DNA of 38,583 nt from an uncultured Anaerolineales bacterium. Its GTDB lineage: Bacteria > Chloroflexota > Anaerolineae > Anaerolineales > VGOW01. The stretch is taken from assembly GCA_964431175.1 (NCBI GenBank), contig CAYSIV010000011.1:1-38583 (forward strand), given 5' to 3'. The notes under the pieces are model-generated. The model had not been told where the DNA came from and did no database searches. It worked only from the letters and a program-made list of their open reading frames with translations. The translations under genes and the position numbers were made by a program. Shown here one piece after another: positions 16,478 to 25,018 of this stretch (within the stretch, counting starts at the first letter, position 1; each line of letters begins with the position of its first letter).

Positions 16478-16738
16478 AGGACCTCAGGACGAACCTTATT
16501 ATATTTGTCCTGGTCAATTCTTCATCAGTAAAGCGTCAAGTTTTATACGTCCATTCGAGTTTTTATGAGGCTTTTACAGGAACTCAGGAAACCAAGACCT
16601 AAATTGCTGAACACAGTTGTGATTAGCTCGAAAAAGCCCGATTTCAGGCTCAAAATGAGCCTAATGGGCCTGGCGAGAACTGTGTTGTGTAATTAGAGGC
16701 CAACTTTCCTGAGGTCCTGTTTTACGGAGAAAACGTCA

Positions 16739-17653
16739 ATGAGTCCTCATATTGTAGTCGTCGGAAGCTTAAACATGGATTTGGTGGTGCGCGCTCCACG
16801 CCACCCGCAGTTGGGGGAGACAATCCTTGGCGGCGACTTTCAAACATTTCCCGGTGGCAAAGGCGCCAACCAGGCCGCGGCCGCCGCCCGGCTCGGCGCA
16901 GTCGTCAAAATGATCGGGCGGGTGGGTCGCGATGCATTTGGCGATTCCCTCTTGAGCACAATGAAGCGCGATAACGTGGATACGACTTACATCCGGCGAG
17001 ATGGAAGATTGCCCAGCGGGGTGGCGTCGATCACGGTGGACGCCGCCGGACAAAATACGATTGTGGTCGTCTCTGGCGCGAATGGGGAACTGACTGCCGG
17101 CGACGTGGCCGCCGGGGAAGCCGCCTTTGTCGGGGCGGCAGTATTACTGCTTCAACTTGAGTGTCCGCTGGCCGCCGTCGAGCGCGCGATTGAGCTTGCC
17201 AAGAAACATGGCGCGCAAGTCGTCCTCAACCCGGCTCCGGCGCAGATGCTCGACTCAAGCCTGCTCGAAAGCGTAGATTACCTGGTGCCGAACCAAACCG
17301 AACTGGCTTTGCTCACTGGCATTGACGATCTCACCGCCACCCGCCGCGCCGCGAGCCATTTGCTGGCGCACGGCGTGAGGCGAGTGATTGTAACGCTGGG
17401 AGAAGAAGGCGCACTGGTGTTGGATGGCGTGGCTGATATTCACTTGCCAGCGCACAAAGTGACGGTGGTGGACACCACTGCCGCCGGGGATGCATTTGTG
17501 GGCGCGCTGGCTGTGGCCTTGATGGAAGGCCGCTCGACCCGCGAGGCGGCGGCCTGGGGCAACGCCGCTGGTGCTTTGACGGTCACTCGCCCCGGCGCGC
17601 AACCCTCGCTCCCCACCCGCGCCGAGTTGGAGAAGTTTCTGCAATCACGGTAG
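16739..17653 (+). CDS. rbsK: ribokinase
   Basis: PfkB-family motifs GGKGANQA and DTTAAGDAF. ACGGAG SD upstream of the ATG. Confidence 0.85.
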   Translation: MSPHIVVVGSLNMDLVVRAPRHPQLGETILGGDFQTFPGGKGANQAAAAARLGAVVKMIGRVGRDAFGDSLLSTMKRDNVDTTYIRRDGRLPSGVASITVDAAGQNTIVVVSGANGELTAGDVAAGEAAFVGAAVLLLQLECPLAAVERAIELAKKHGAQVVLNPAPAQMLDSSLLESVDYLVPNQTELALLTGIDDLTATRRAASHLLAHGVRRVIVTLGEEGALVLDGVADIHLPAHKVTVVDTTAAGDAFVGALAVALMEGRSTREAAAWGNAAGALTVTRPGAQPSLPTRAELEKFLQSR

Positions 17654-17719
17654 GGGCGAAGCATTCGGAACGAGAGTTGAGTAACCGCCGAGCACTTGCG
17701 CCGAATGCTTCGCCCCTAC
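17650..17719. terminator. perfect 19-bp inverted repeat between convergent genes (bidirectional terminator / GTAGGGGCG repeat family)
   Basis: GTAGGGGCGAAGCATTCGG (17650-17668) and its exact reverse complement (17701-17719), with a 32-nt loop. The TAG stops of both convergent genes lie inside the arms. Confidence 0.6.
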
Positions 17720-18564
17720 AGATCACGCCGATTAAATTGCCGGATCGCCAGCGCCACCATTACCACCAGATACAGGCCGCCATACGCAACCATTGCCAGG
17801 CTAGGCACTGAAACAACGATCAGGGGGCCGGCACTGAAGCCGAACGACTGCACCAGCGGCGTTGTCATCTCAAACGAAGCCCGTCGCAAAAGCGCCTCGC
17901 TCGGCAGGATCAGGCTGGAGATGATGCCAATGTTGATGGCGGTTTCATTCTTCAGCACGGCGCCAATCTGCTCCACGAAGCCGCCAATGAAGGCAATGCC
18001 ATACAACCCAAAGACGATGCCGCCGGTCGCCAACGTGGAGAAGGTGCTGCTGCTCGCCAGGGTGAGCGACATGATGAGCAAACTTTCGAGATAAATGATG
18101 GGCACGCCGATTAGCAAGTTCGGCGCGTGGTATCCTGACAGGGCGTAAACGATTCCCATCACGCCGCCAATCATCAACAATAAATACAGCGCTAGCAGTC
18201 CGGCGAACCCCAACCACTTGCCCAGCACCACTTCCACCCGCCGCACCGGCTTGGTGACAACCGCCTGAATCGTCCCCGACCCGATTTCTCCGGCCAGGGT
18301 GTCCGCCGAGACCAGCGCCCCCATGGCAATCGTCAGAATGTTCACCGCGTACAGCCCGGCCATCGTCAAAAAGTTGTAGACCTGATTCTTAATCAGGGTC
18401 GCGTTTGCCCCGGTGTTGTTGGGCAGGGTGTCGCGATTGATAAAGTAGAAGCCGACGCCGTACAAAATCAAAAAGGCAATTCCCAACAGAAGCGCGGCCA
18501 GCAAAATTTTTCGCCGCGAGGCTTCAATAAACGTGAGACGCGCTATTACAAACGCAGCCATCAC
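17716..18564 (-). CDS. ABC-2 type transporter permease
   Basis: 282 aa with about six TM segments. ATGA overlap with the upstream ATPase gene. Confidence 0.8.
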   Translation of the reverse strand: MMAAFVIARLTFIEASRRKILLAALLLGIAFLILYGVGFYFINRDTLPNNTGANATLIKNQVYNFLTMAGLYAVNILTIAMGALVSADTLAGEIGSGTIQAVVTKPVRRVEVVLGKWLGFAGLLALYLLLMIGGVMGIVYALSGYHAPNLLIGVPIIYLESLLIMSLTLASSSTFSTLATGGIVFGLYGIAFIGGFVEQIGAVLKNETAINIGIISSLILPSEALLRRASFEMTTPLVQSFGFSAGPLIVVSVPSLAMVAYGGLYLVVMVALAIRQFNRRDL

Positions 18565-19472
18565 AGCCCTCCATCCGTGCCGACGATCTGGATGAACAAC
18601 TCTTCCAGCGAGAGTCTTTGGGGCGTGATCGCATACACCTCAGCGCCTTGCGCGACGAGATAGCGGGTGATGGCGGGCAGGGCCGAGTCATCGGTGATGG
18701 TGAGCGTGACGTGGTCGCCGTCAACGCGCGCGTCGCGCCCCCACTGCGCCAGCCCGGAGATTGTTTCGGCGGCGAGGCCGCCAGCGCGAATCGTGACGCT
18801 TGTTTCGCCCTCCACCAGCGTTTTGAGTTCGCTCACTCGGATCACTTCACCGTGTTTAATAAAGGCCACGCGGTCGCAGGTGATCTCCACTTCACTCAAC
18901 AGGTGCGAGTTGAGAAAAACGGTTGTACCGCGAGATCGAAGATCGCGGATGATGTCGCGTACGAGGCGGCGTCCCACCGGATCCAGGCCCGAAGTCGGCT
19001 CATCCAGAAAGATCAGGGCCGGATCGTTGAGCAGGGCCTGGGCCAGGCCGATCCTTTGCAACATCCCTTTTGAATACGTCCGAAGTTGTTTGTTCTTGAA
19101 CGGCATCAGGCCGACAAGGCCGAGGAGTTCGGGAATTCTTTGGCGGCGGTGTTCCTGGCTCATGCCGTAGAGTTCGCCGTGCAGAGTGAGGAACTCGGCG
19201 GCGGAGAGCCAATCGTGAAAACGGAAGTGTTCTGGCAGGAATCCGATTTTGGCGCGGGTCTGGCGATTGCCGAGCGGCTGGCCGAGCAATTGAGCGCCGC
19301 CAGAGGTGGGCGACACCAAACCGAGCAACATTTTGATGGAGGTGGTTTTGCCCGCGCCGTTAGGCCCAAGAAAACCAAAGACCTCACCTTGCTGGACTTG
19401 CAGGGTCAGGCCGCGGACAGCGACGTTGTCGCCGAATTCTTTGCGTAGATTGTTCGTTTCGATAGCGAGCAT
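18561..19472 (-). CDS. ABC transporter ATP-binding protein (ABC-2/DrrA-like)
   Basis: Walker A GPNGAGKTT, signature YSKGMLQRIGLAQAL, Walker B FLDEPTSGLDP, plus a C-terminal regulatory-type domain. Confidence 0.9.
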   Translation of the reverse strand: MLAIETNNLRKEFGDNVAVRGLTLQVQQGEVFGFLGPNGAGKTTSIKMLLGLVSPTSGGAQLLGQPLGNRQTRAKIGFLPEHFRFHDWLSAAEFLTLHGELYGMSQEHRRQRIPELLGLVGLMPFKNKQLRTYSKGMLQRIGLAQALLNDPALIFLDEPTSGLDPVGRRLVRDIIRDLRSRGTTVFLNSHLLSEVEITCDRVAFIKHGEVIRVSELKTLVEGETSVTIRAGGLAAETISGLAQWGRDARVDGDHVTLTITDDSALPAITRYLVAQGAEVYAITPQRLSLEELFIQIVGTDGGL

Positions 19473-19482
19473 AGGGGACTAC

Positions 19483-19516
19483 GTAGGGGCGACGCACCCG
19501 AAGGGGCCGCCCCTAC
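19483..19516. repeat. second GTAGGGGCG...CGCCCCTAC hairpin
   Basis: 9-bp stem GTAGGGGCG (19483-19491) / CGCCCCTAC (19508-19516). Lies between the anti-sigma gene and the ABC ATPase gene. Confidence 0.5.
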
Positions 19517-19528
19517 AAATGAATTGTG

Positions 19529-20689
19529 CTATTTCAGTGAATTGGCGATGTCGATACCAACTTGTGGATCGTCGAAGCCGCTGATGGCGTAGATGACGCC
19601 GTTCTTCACCCAGAGGAGAGTGTAGCGAGCCGGGGCGCCGTCGTCGGTTTCGCGATAGATCAGGTTGCCCGTCACGCCGTCGACTTGCACTTGCTCGTAC
19701 GAGTGGCCGTTTTGCGGAATGGGCACGACGAGGGTCGAAGTCCAGTCTACTGTTTGGCTGAAGGCGCGGGCTTCGTCAGCCGTCATGCCGGTGAACTGCA
19801 AACCGATCTCGGCCAACTGAGTCACGTCGAGGTCAGCCGGGGCGTTCACAATCGGGCTGGGGATTTGAGCCAGGATAGTGCACGAGCGCAGTCGGTTCCA
19901 CGGGATGTGCTCCGGGTCGGCTTCGCTGAGATTCGGGCAAGTGCCGTAAGCGGCGGAGACGCCCGCCGGAATCTCAACCGAAATCTTCGCTCCGTCGAGC
20001 GATGCTGGTAGTTGCAAGTCACTGCGCCCGGCTTCGTTGAGGATGGCTTGCGCGTGGGCACGATTGATGGTGAACTCAAACGCCGTGCCATCTTGAACCG
20101 TGAGTTGCGGCGCAGAGTCGGCCCCGCTCCAGGTACGGACGGTGAACCCGGCAAGCTGGCTGGCCTCTTCGGCATTGGCCGCCACTGTGGGGTCGCCCGG
20201 CTCTTTGGTCACCTTCATAGAGTCAGCAAACACTTGGCCGATCTGTTCGCTCAACGCCGAGTCGTTGTTGAGTTCGCTGAGACGGGTGATGTCCACCGGT
20301 AGCACCGTGATTTGCTGGACGCGGAAGAGGCCGAGGAATTGCGCGGCTAGAGCGCGCACGGGCGCGAAGCTGAGCAACGTAACAGCCAGCGCGATAGTGA
20401 CCAGACCGGCGAGCGCAGGCCGCCAGCGAGTGAGCAATGTTTTGGACATAGAAACTTTCTCCTTTTGACGAATTTGTGATTTGAATCGATTGAGCGCCGC
20501 CGACGCCGGTTGGGCCGTCTCGGTTTCTTGCGGCGCTAACGCCGCAAGACGCACAGTCACGCGCGCCATCCGCGTTTCGAGCGCCGAGAGCCGGGCGCGG
20601 CAAGCCGGGCAGGAGGCGAGATGCGCTTCACTAACAGAGTCGGCTTCCCCGTCAAGGCGGGCGCGGAGTTGTCCGTCGTTGAGGTGCAT
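19529..20689 (-). CDS. membrane-anchored anti-sigma factor (zf-HC2) with large extracytoplasmic domain
   Basis: HLASCPACRARL motif, one TM (ALAGLVTIALAVTLLSF), and a roughly 260-aa external domain. Start at 20689 (MHLNDGQL...) is preferred because the 84-nt ORF extension to 20773 is a REP-like element. Confidence 0.7.
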   Translation of the reverse strand: MHLNDGQLRARLDGEADSVSEAHLASCPACRARLSALETRMARVTVRLAALAPQETETAQPASAALNRFKSQIRQKEKVSMSKTLLTRWRPALAGLVTIALAVTLLSFAPVRALAAQFLGLFRVQQITVLPVDITRLSELNNDSALSEQIGQVFADSMKVTKEPGDPTVAANAEEASQLAGFTVRTWSGADSAPQLTVQDGTAFEFTINRAHAQAILNEAGRSDLQLPASLDGAKISVEIPAGVSAAYGTCPNLSEADPEHIPWNRLRSCTILAQIPSPIVNAPADLDVTQLAEIGLQFTGMTADEARAFSQTVDWTSTLVVPIPQNGHSYEQVQVDGVTGNLIYRETDDGAPARYTLLWVKNGVIYAISGFDDPQVGIDIANSLK

Positions 20690-20702
20690 AGGCTTCTTCT
20701 TT

Positions 20703-20773
20703 TTCACCGCAAAGGCGCAAAGGGCGCAAAGGTTTTTTGTTTGCTTCGCGTTCTTCGTGTCTTCGCGGTTCAA
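20703..20773. repeat. REP-like element (CGCAAAGG x3 / CTTCGCG x3 arms) between the sigma and anti-sigma genes
   Basis: TTCACCGCAAAGGCGCAAAGGGCGCAAAGG-TTTTTTGTT-TGCTTCGCGTTCTTCGTGTCTTCGCGGTTCAAA. Same family as 14001-14080. Confidence 0.55.
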
Positions 20774-21315
20774 ATCTCCTTTTCGTATCTTCGCTCAAAC
20801 TCATCTTCCGCTCGCGCCAGCAGAGTTCCCACCGAGTTAGGCGAGACGTTGAGCGCGGCGGCGATCTCTTTATACGAAAGCCCGGAATGGCGCAGGACAA
20901 GTAGTTGCGCGTCGCGGGCCGGCAGTTGGCGTAGAATGTTGCGGACGCGCCCGCGCTCGGCGGCTCGCTCGGCTTCTTGCTCCGGGCTGGGTGAGGCGTT
21001 CAAGTCGAGCGCATCGCGCCCGGCCTGCTCCTCATAGCTGGCCCGGCGTTTGGCCGCGCGCAGGGCGTTGTAGCCCAGGTTGGTCGACACCCGGTACAGC
21101 CAGCCGCCCAAGTTGTCGGCCCGGGCTGGCGGCTTTTGCCACAACTGCCAGAACGTCTCCAGGGCCAAATCTTCGGCCTGGGCCCGGTCGCCCACCAGCC
21201 GAAAGAGCACGCCGTAGACACGGGTGTAATTCTGAAGGAAGGCGGACTCGAACTCGGCTTCGTCCTGGCGCGCTTGAGCGCTTGCGTTATACACGTCGTC
21301 AGATGCTAAGGCCAC
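20770..21315 (-). CDS. ECF (sigma-70 family) RNA polymerase sigma factor
   Basis: Region 2 (FWQLWQK...GWLYRVSTN) and region 4 HTH (LSYKEIAAALNVSPNSVGTLLARA). GTG start follows GGAG. Confidence 0.85.
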   Translation of the reverse strand: MALASDDVYNASAQARQDEAEFESAFLQNYTRVYGVLFRLVGDRAQAEDLALETFWQLWQKPPARADNLGGWLYRVSTNLGYNALRAAKRRASYEEQAGRDALDLNASPSPEQEAERAAERGRVRNILRQLPARDAQLLVLRHSGLSYKEIAAALNVSPNSVGTLLARAEDEFERRYEKEI

Positions 21316-21487
21316 CGGTGGTCTCCGCGCGACGGTTCGTGTCTTGGCCGCGCTCTGATACTATAACACCGGAGGGGGGAGGGATGTGACAGGATGCGGT
21401 AGACTTGGGGAGATCAAGTTGCAGGGATTGTTGAAGTGAGATAGGATTTACACAAAATTCGCCATATTATCAAATAAGGAGCAAGCC

Positions 21488-22383
21488 ATGAGAAGAGAAT
21501 TCAAGCAAATTTGGAAAGACATCAGCAGCGGCGAGAATATTGACTTGTATCTCACAATCATTATTGCTATTGGCCTTGGCATACTGAATCTCATAGGCTA
21601 TGGCCCCGCTTGGATATCATCAGTTATATTAGCCGCACTGGGTGTGCTCACAGGCTCTACTCTTCGGGAGAGACGCGACTTTGATAAAACAGTTGAGCAA
21701 TTAAAGTCGTTGCAAAAATCCTTGAATGCTTCCAATGAAACTCTTGAGAAAATTACCATCGTTCAATCAGATGGAGCGAATGCCCTTAAGGAATTAACAA
21801 GCTCCTTCGATCAACTTCAAAAAACAATTATTATCTCCGGATCCGTCATAGATACAGGTCTTCAGGAAATCACTTTTCAGTCTAGGAAAATAAACTGGGA
21901 TGCTTTGTTTGAGGATGTTGACGAGATCGACCTTTTTTTACGTATGCGCGTACTTGGCGTAACACAAACAGCAACCTGCTTGATCAATTCGTAAAGCGTC
22001 GAAATGCTAGGCTCAGAATTGCACTGCCCGATCCTGATAGCGAAGTGATTCTCAGGGAACTATCCAATAGGTTTTCTAAGTCCCCCGAGGAATTTAAGAA
22101 TTTGATACATGAGGCCCAGAGGGAATATGAAAAACTACATGACATAGGAAAAAAACATGGGGGTGCCAAGGTGGAATTATGGGTTGTGTCTGCGACTCCT
22201 ATGTACTCCTTGTATCGTTTTGATAAGACGGCTATTCTTGCGCTTGGCTCTTATGAAGAGATAAAAGGAGATGTTTCTCATTTCATAGCAGTAAAAGACG
22301 GATCTATATATAGATTCGTTGTTGAAGAGTTTAAAGCCTTGATTGGGCAAGGCGGACGAACGATCTCGCGGAAGATCCTGTAA
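21488..22383 (+). pseudogene. AT-rich 2TM / coiled-coil / C-terminal-domain gene split by a frameshift at a T7 run
   Basis: ORFs 21488-21994 and 22045-22383. The downstream frame is open from 21922, so the two frames overlap across 21922-21994, which contains TTTTTTT (21933-21939). One extra T would join them into a roughly 298-aa protein (..DEIDLFFTYARTWRNTNSNLLDQFVKRRNARLRIALPDPDSEVILREL..). AAGGAG SD at 21476-21481. Confidence 0.65.
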
Positions 22384-22448
22384 AGGCGGGTCAAGGTCAA
22401 AGAAGATTAGTGAAAGGCTTCTATAGCTTGTGTCCCAAAACAAGGTGT

Positions 22449-24941
22449 TTACCTCTCCCCCGCCTCGTACCTCCTCGCCAGTTCCCGCCGTAACACCTTG
22501 CCAATGAACGAGCGCGGGAAGTCATCCACGAAGATGACCAGGCGCGGCACGAGTTCGGGCGGCAGTCGGCGCTTGCAGTAGGCAATCAGCGAGTCGGCGG
22601 TGGGGCGCTCCTTTTGGGCGATGATGAAGGCAATGGGCTGGTTGGCAATCGCCACCACCGCCGCTTCTTTCACCTGTGGCACTTCAAATAACACCTCTTC
22701 CACGTCGCGCGGGAAAGCCGGTTGTTCGTGCTTGCTTTCAGCTTTGGCCGGATACCACATCTCGGCCTTGCGGGCGATGAGTTGGAAATAACCCTCTTCG
22801 TCCACCCTGGCCACATCGCCGGTTAATAACCAGCCGTCTGAAGTGAGGATGCGGCGCGTGTCATCACTCTTGCCCCAGTAGCCCATCATGATCTGCGGCC
22901 CGCGAATCGCCAACTCGCCAATCTGACCGGGGGCTACGTCCCGGCCAGTCGCCAAATCCACAATCTTGGCCTCGGTGGAGGGCAGGGGGATGCCGATGCT
23001 CCCAACTTTCCTCAAGCCGTTCAACGGGTTGGCGTGGGTGACCGGCGAGGCCTCGGTGAGGCCGTAACCTTCCACCAGCCGCCCGCGCGTCAGCCGCTCG
23101 AACGACTCTTGCACTTCCACTGGCAGTGGCGCCGACCCGCTGAGGCAGGCCTTGATCGAGCTAATACCATATTTGCGCGCGCCAGGGAAGTTGTTGATGG
23201 CAACATACATGCCGGGGATGCCGGGGAAGATCGTCGGGCGTTCACGCTTGATTGTCTGCAAAACATCGGTCACCTCAAACGTCGGTTTGAGAATCAACGT
23301 CGCGCCGAGCGAGATGCCGCAGTTGAGAGCCGTCGTCATGCCATAAGCGTGAACAAACGGCAGGCAACACAAAAACCGTTCGCGGCCTTCTTTCGAGAGC
23401 GGCAACCAATGGCGGGTTTGCAAGGTGTTGGCCACCAGGTTGCGGTGTGAAAGCATCACGCCTTTGGGCACGCTGATCGTGCCGCTGGTGTATTGAATGA
23501 CGGCCAAATCGTCCGGCCCAATTTGCACTTCAGGCGACTTGCCGCTATGCGTATAAAGAATCCGATTGAGCAGGTGCATCCCGGGTTCGAGCGGGAAGCT
23601 TAGTTGATGGCCGCTTTCTTTCTCGCGTTTGAGCTTCCAGCCCACATATTTGAATGGCGGCAAATAATCACCGGCGTTGGCGAAGATGACGTGCGTCAAA
23701 CCCGTTCGCCGTTTCACTTCGCGGGCGGCATTGCCAAACTTGGTGAGCGTCACCAACACCTTCGTCCCGCTGTCGCGCACCTGCCTAACAAGTTCATCGG
23801 TTTCGGTGATGGGCAGGGTAAACACGGCGGCGGCTCCGGCCTTGAGCGCCCCGTAAAAGCAAATCACCATCTGCGGCACGTTGGGCAGGAGCAACATCAC
23901 CCGGTCGCCCTTGTCCACGCCGAGCGAGCGCAGGGCATTGGCAAATCGATTCGATTCTTGATTCAAGCGACGGTAGGTGATCCAGGCGCCTTCGTAGTTG
24001 AGGGCGATGTTGAGCGGGAAGCGGCGAGCGGCGGAGCGCAAGAAGTGATGCAGTGGAACTCGGGGAATGCCGACGGTGAAGGGAACGCCGTCTTCGTAAT
24101 GGGCAAGCCAGGGCCGCTCCCGAATCAGCGCCGCCCGGGCCGTCGTCTCGGTGGTGATGTTGGGGTCGCGCCACGACTTCTTCTGCGCTTCAAGGGCGCG
24201 CTCGATAGCGCGGTTAACGGCCTCGCGCCGCTCCAGCATTACCATGTGGCCCGACGAGCCAATGTCTTCGTCGTTCGAGCCGGGGATGGCGCGCGTGACT
24301 TCTTCAAAATGAGTGCGCTCAAACACGTCGTCGCGGTGACCGCGAATGATTGTCGTCGGCACGGCCAGACTGCGAAACATGCTCCAGCCGTTCCACTTGG
24401 AGAGCGTGTTCTCGTGCATGGACTTGAGCACGTGCGGCGATGCGGAGAGCTTGCCGCCGGTCAGCGGCGTGAGCAGGCGGATGACCGACACTGGCAAACT
24501 GAGGGCAAAGCGGAAAAGCGGCCGGATTTTGTACTCGCCGGACGAGGCGACGAGGATCAGCCGGGCGATCCGTTCAGGATGGTGTGAGGCGTACTCGGTG
24601 ACGATGGCCCCGCCGAACGAGTGGCCGACGAGGACGATTTGGTTTTTCACGCCCAGAACGTCAAGCGCTGTTTCCAGGTCACTTTGAATCTCGGCCATTG
24701 TGTAATCGCCTGTTGGCTTGTCGGATTGGCCGTGGCCGCGCAGGTCAAGGGCAATGACGCGGTTGGCATTGCCGAACTTGCGAAGCTGGTATTTCCACTG
24801 GCTGGCCTGTCCGCCGAAGCCGTGAATGAACACTATTGTCCACTGGGGCCGGTCGGGCGAAATGTCAATGGCCGAGAGTCGGATACTGGGCTGGGTCGAG
24901 ACGCGAATTTCGTGGCGGTAGAGTTCGAGGTCAATATCCAT
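22449..24941 (-). CDS. fusion protein: alpha/beta-hydrolase (N-terminal) + long-chain acyl-CoA synthetase/AMP-binding enzyme (C-terminal)
   Basis: Hydrolase part: HGFGG, nucleophile elbow GHSFGG, SSGHMV. Ligase part: YTSGTISVPKGV, EGYGLTEASP, TGDVARVDEEGY, GKVLRREL. ATG at 24941 follows GGAG (24947-24950). Confidence 0.85.
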   Translation of the reverse strand: MDIDLELYRHEIRVSTQPSIRLSAIDISPDRPQWTIVFIHGFGGQASQWKYQLRKFGNANRVIALDLRGHGQSDKPTGDYTMAEIQSDLETALDVLGVKNQIVLVGHSFGGAIVTEYASHHPERIARLILVASSGEYKIRPLFRFALSLPVSVIRLLTPLTGGKLSASPHVLKSMHENTLSKWNGWSMFRSLAVPTTIIRGHRDDVFERTHFEEVTRAIPGSNDEDIGSSGHMVMLERREAVNRAIERALEAQKKSWRDPNITTETTARAALIRERPWLAHYEDGVPFTVGIPRVPLHHFLRSAARRFPLNIALNYEGAWITYRRLNQESNRFANALRSLGVDKGDRVMLLLPNVPQMVICFYGALKAGAAAVFTLPITETDELVRQVRDSGTKVLVTLTKFGNAAREVKRRTGLTHVIFANAGDYLPPFKYVGWKLKREKESGHQLSFPLEPGMHLLNRILYTHSGKSPEVQIGPDDLAVIQYTSGTISVPKGVMLSHRNLVANTLQTRHWLPLSKEGRERFLCCLPFVHAYGMTTALNCGISLGATLILKPTFEVTDVLQTIKRERPTIFPGIPGMYVAINNFPGARKYGISSIKACLSGSAPLPVEVQESFERLTRGRLVEGYGLTEASPVTHANPLNGLRKVGSIGIPLPSTEAKIVDLATGRDVAPGQIGELAIRGPQIMMGYWGKSDDTRRILTSDGWLLTGDVARVDEEGYFQLIARKAEMWYPAKAESKHEQPAFPRDVEEVLFEVPQVKEAAVVAIANQPIAFIIAQKERPTADSLIAYCKRRLPPELVPRLVIFVDDFPRSFIGKVLRRELARRYEAGER

Positions 24942-25018
24942 TATTACTCCTGCAAGTCTGGCGCGGTGGGACAAGGAGACAAGGAGACAAGGTGAGTTCA
25001 ATCAGTGTAGTTGGTGGG

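Noticed and set aside
22389-22402. GGTCAAGGTCAAAG, reminiscent of the CtsR operator heptad repeat.
   Set aside because: The heptads are adjacent rather than separated by 3 nt. The site lies at the 3' end of two convergent genes, not in a promoter, and no clp or chaperone gene follows.
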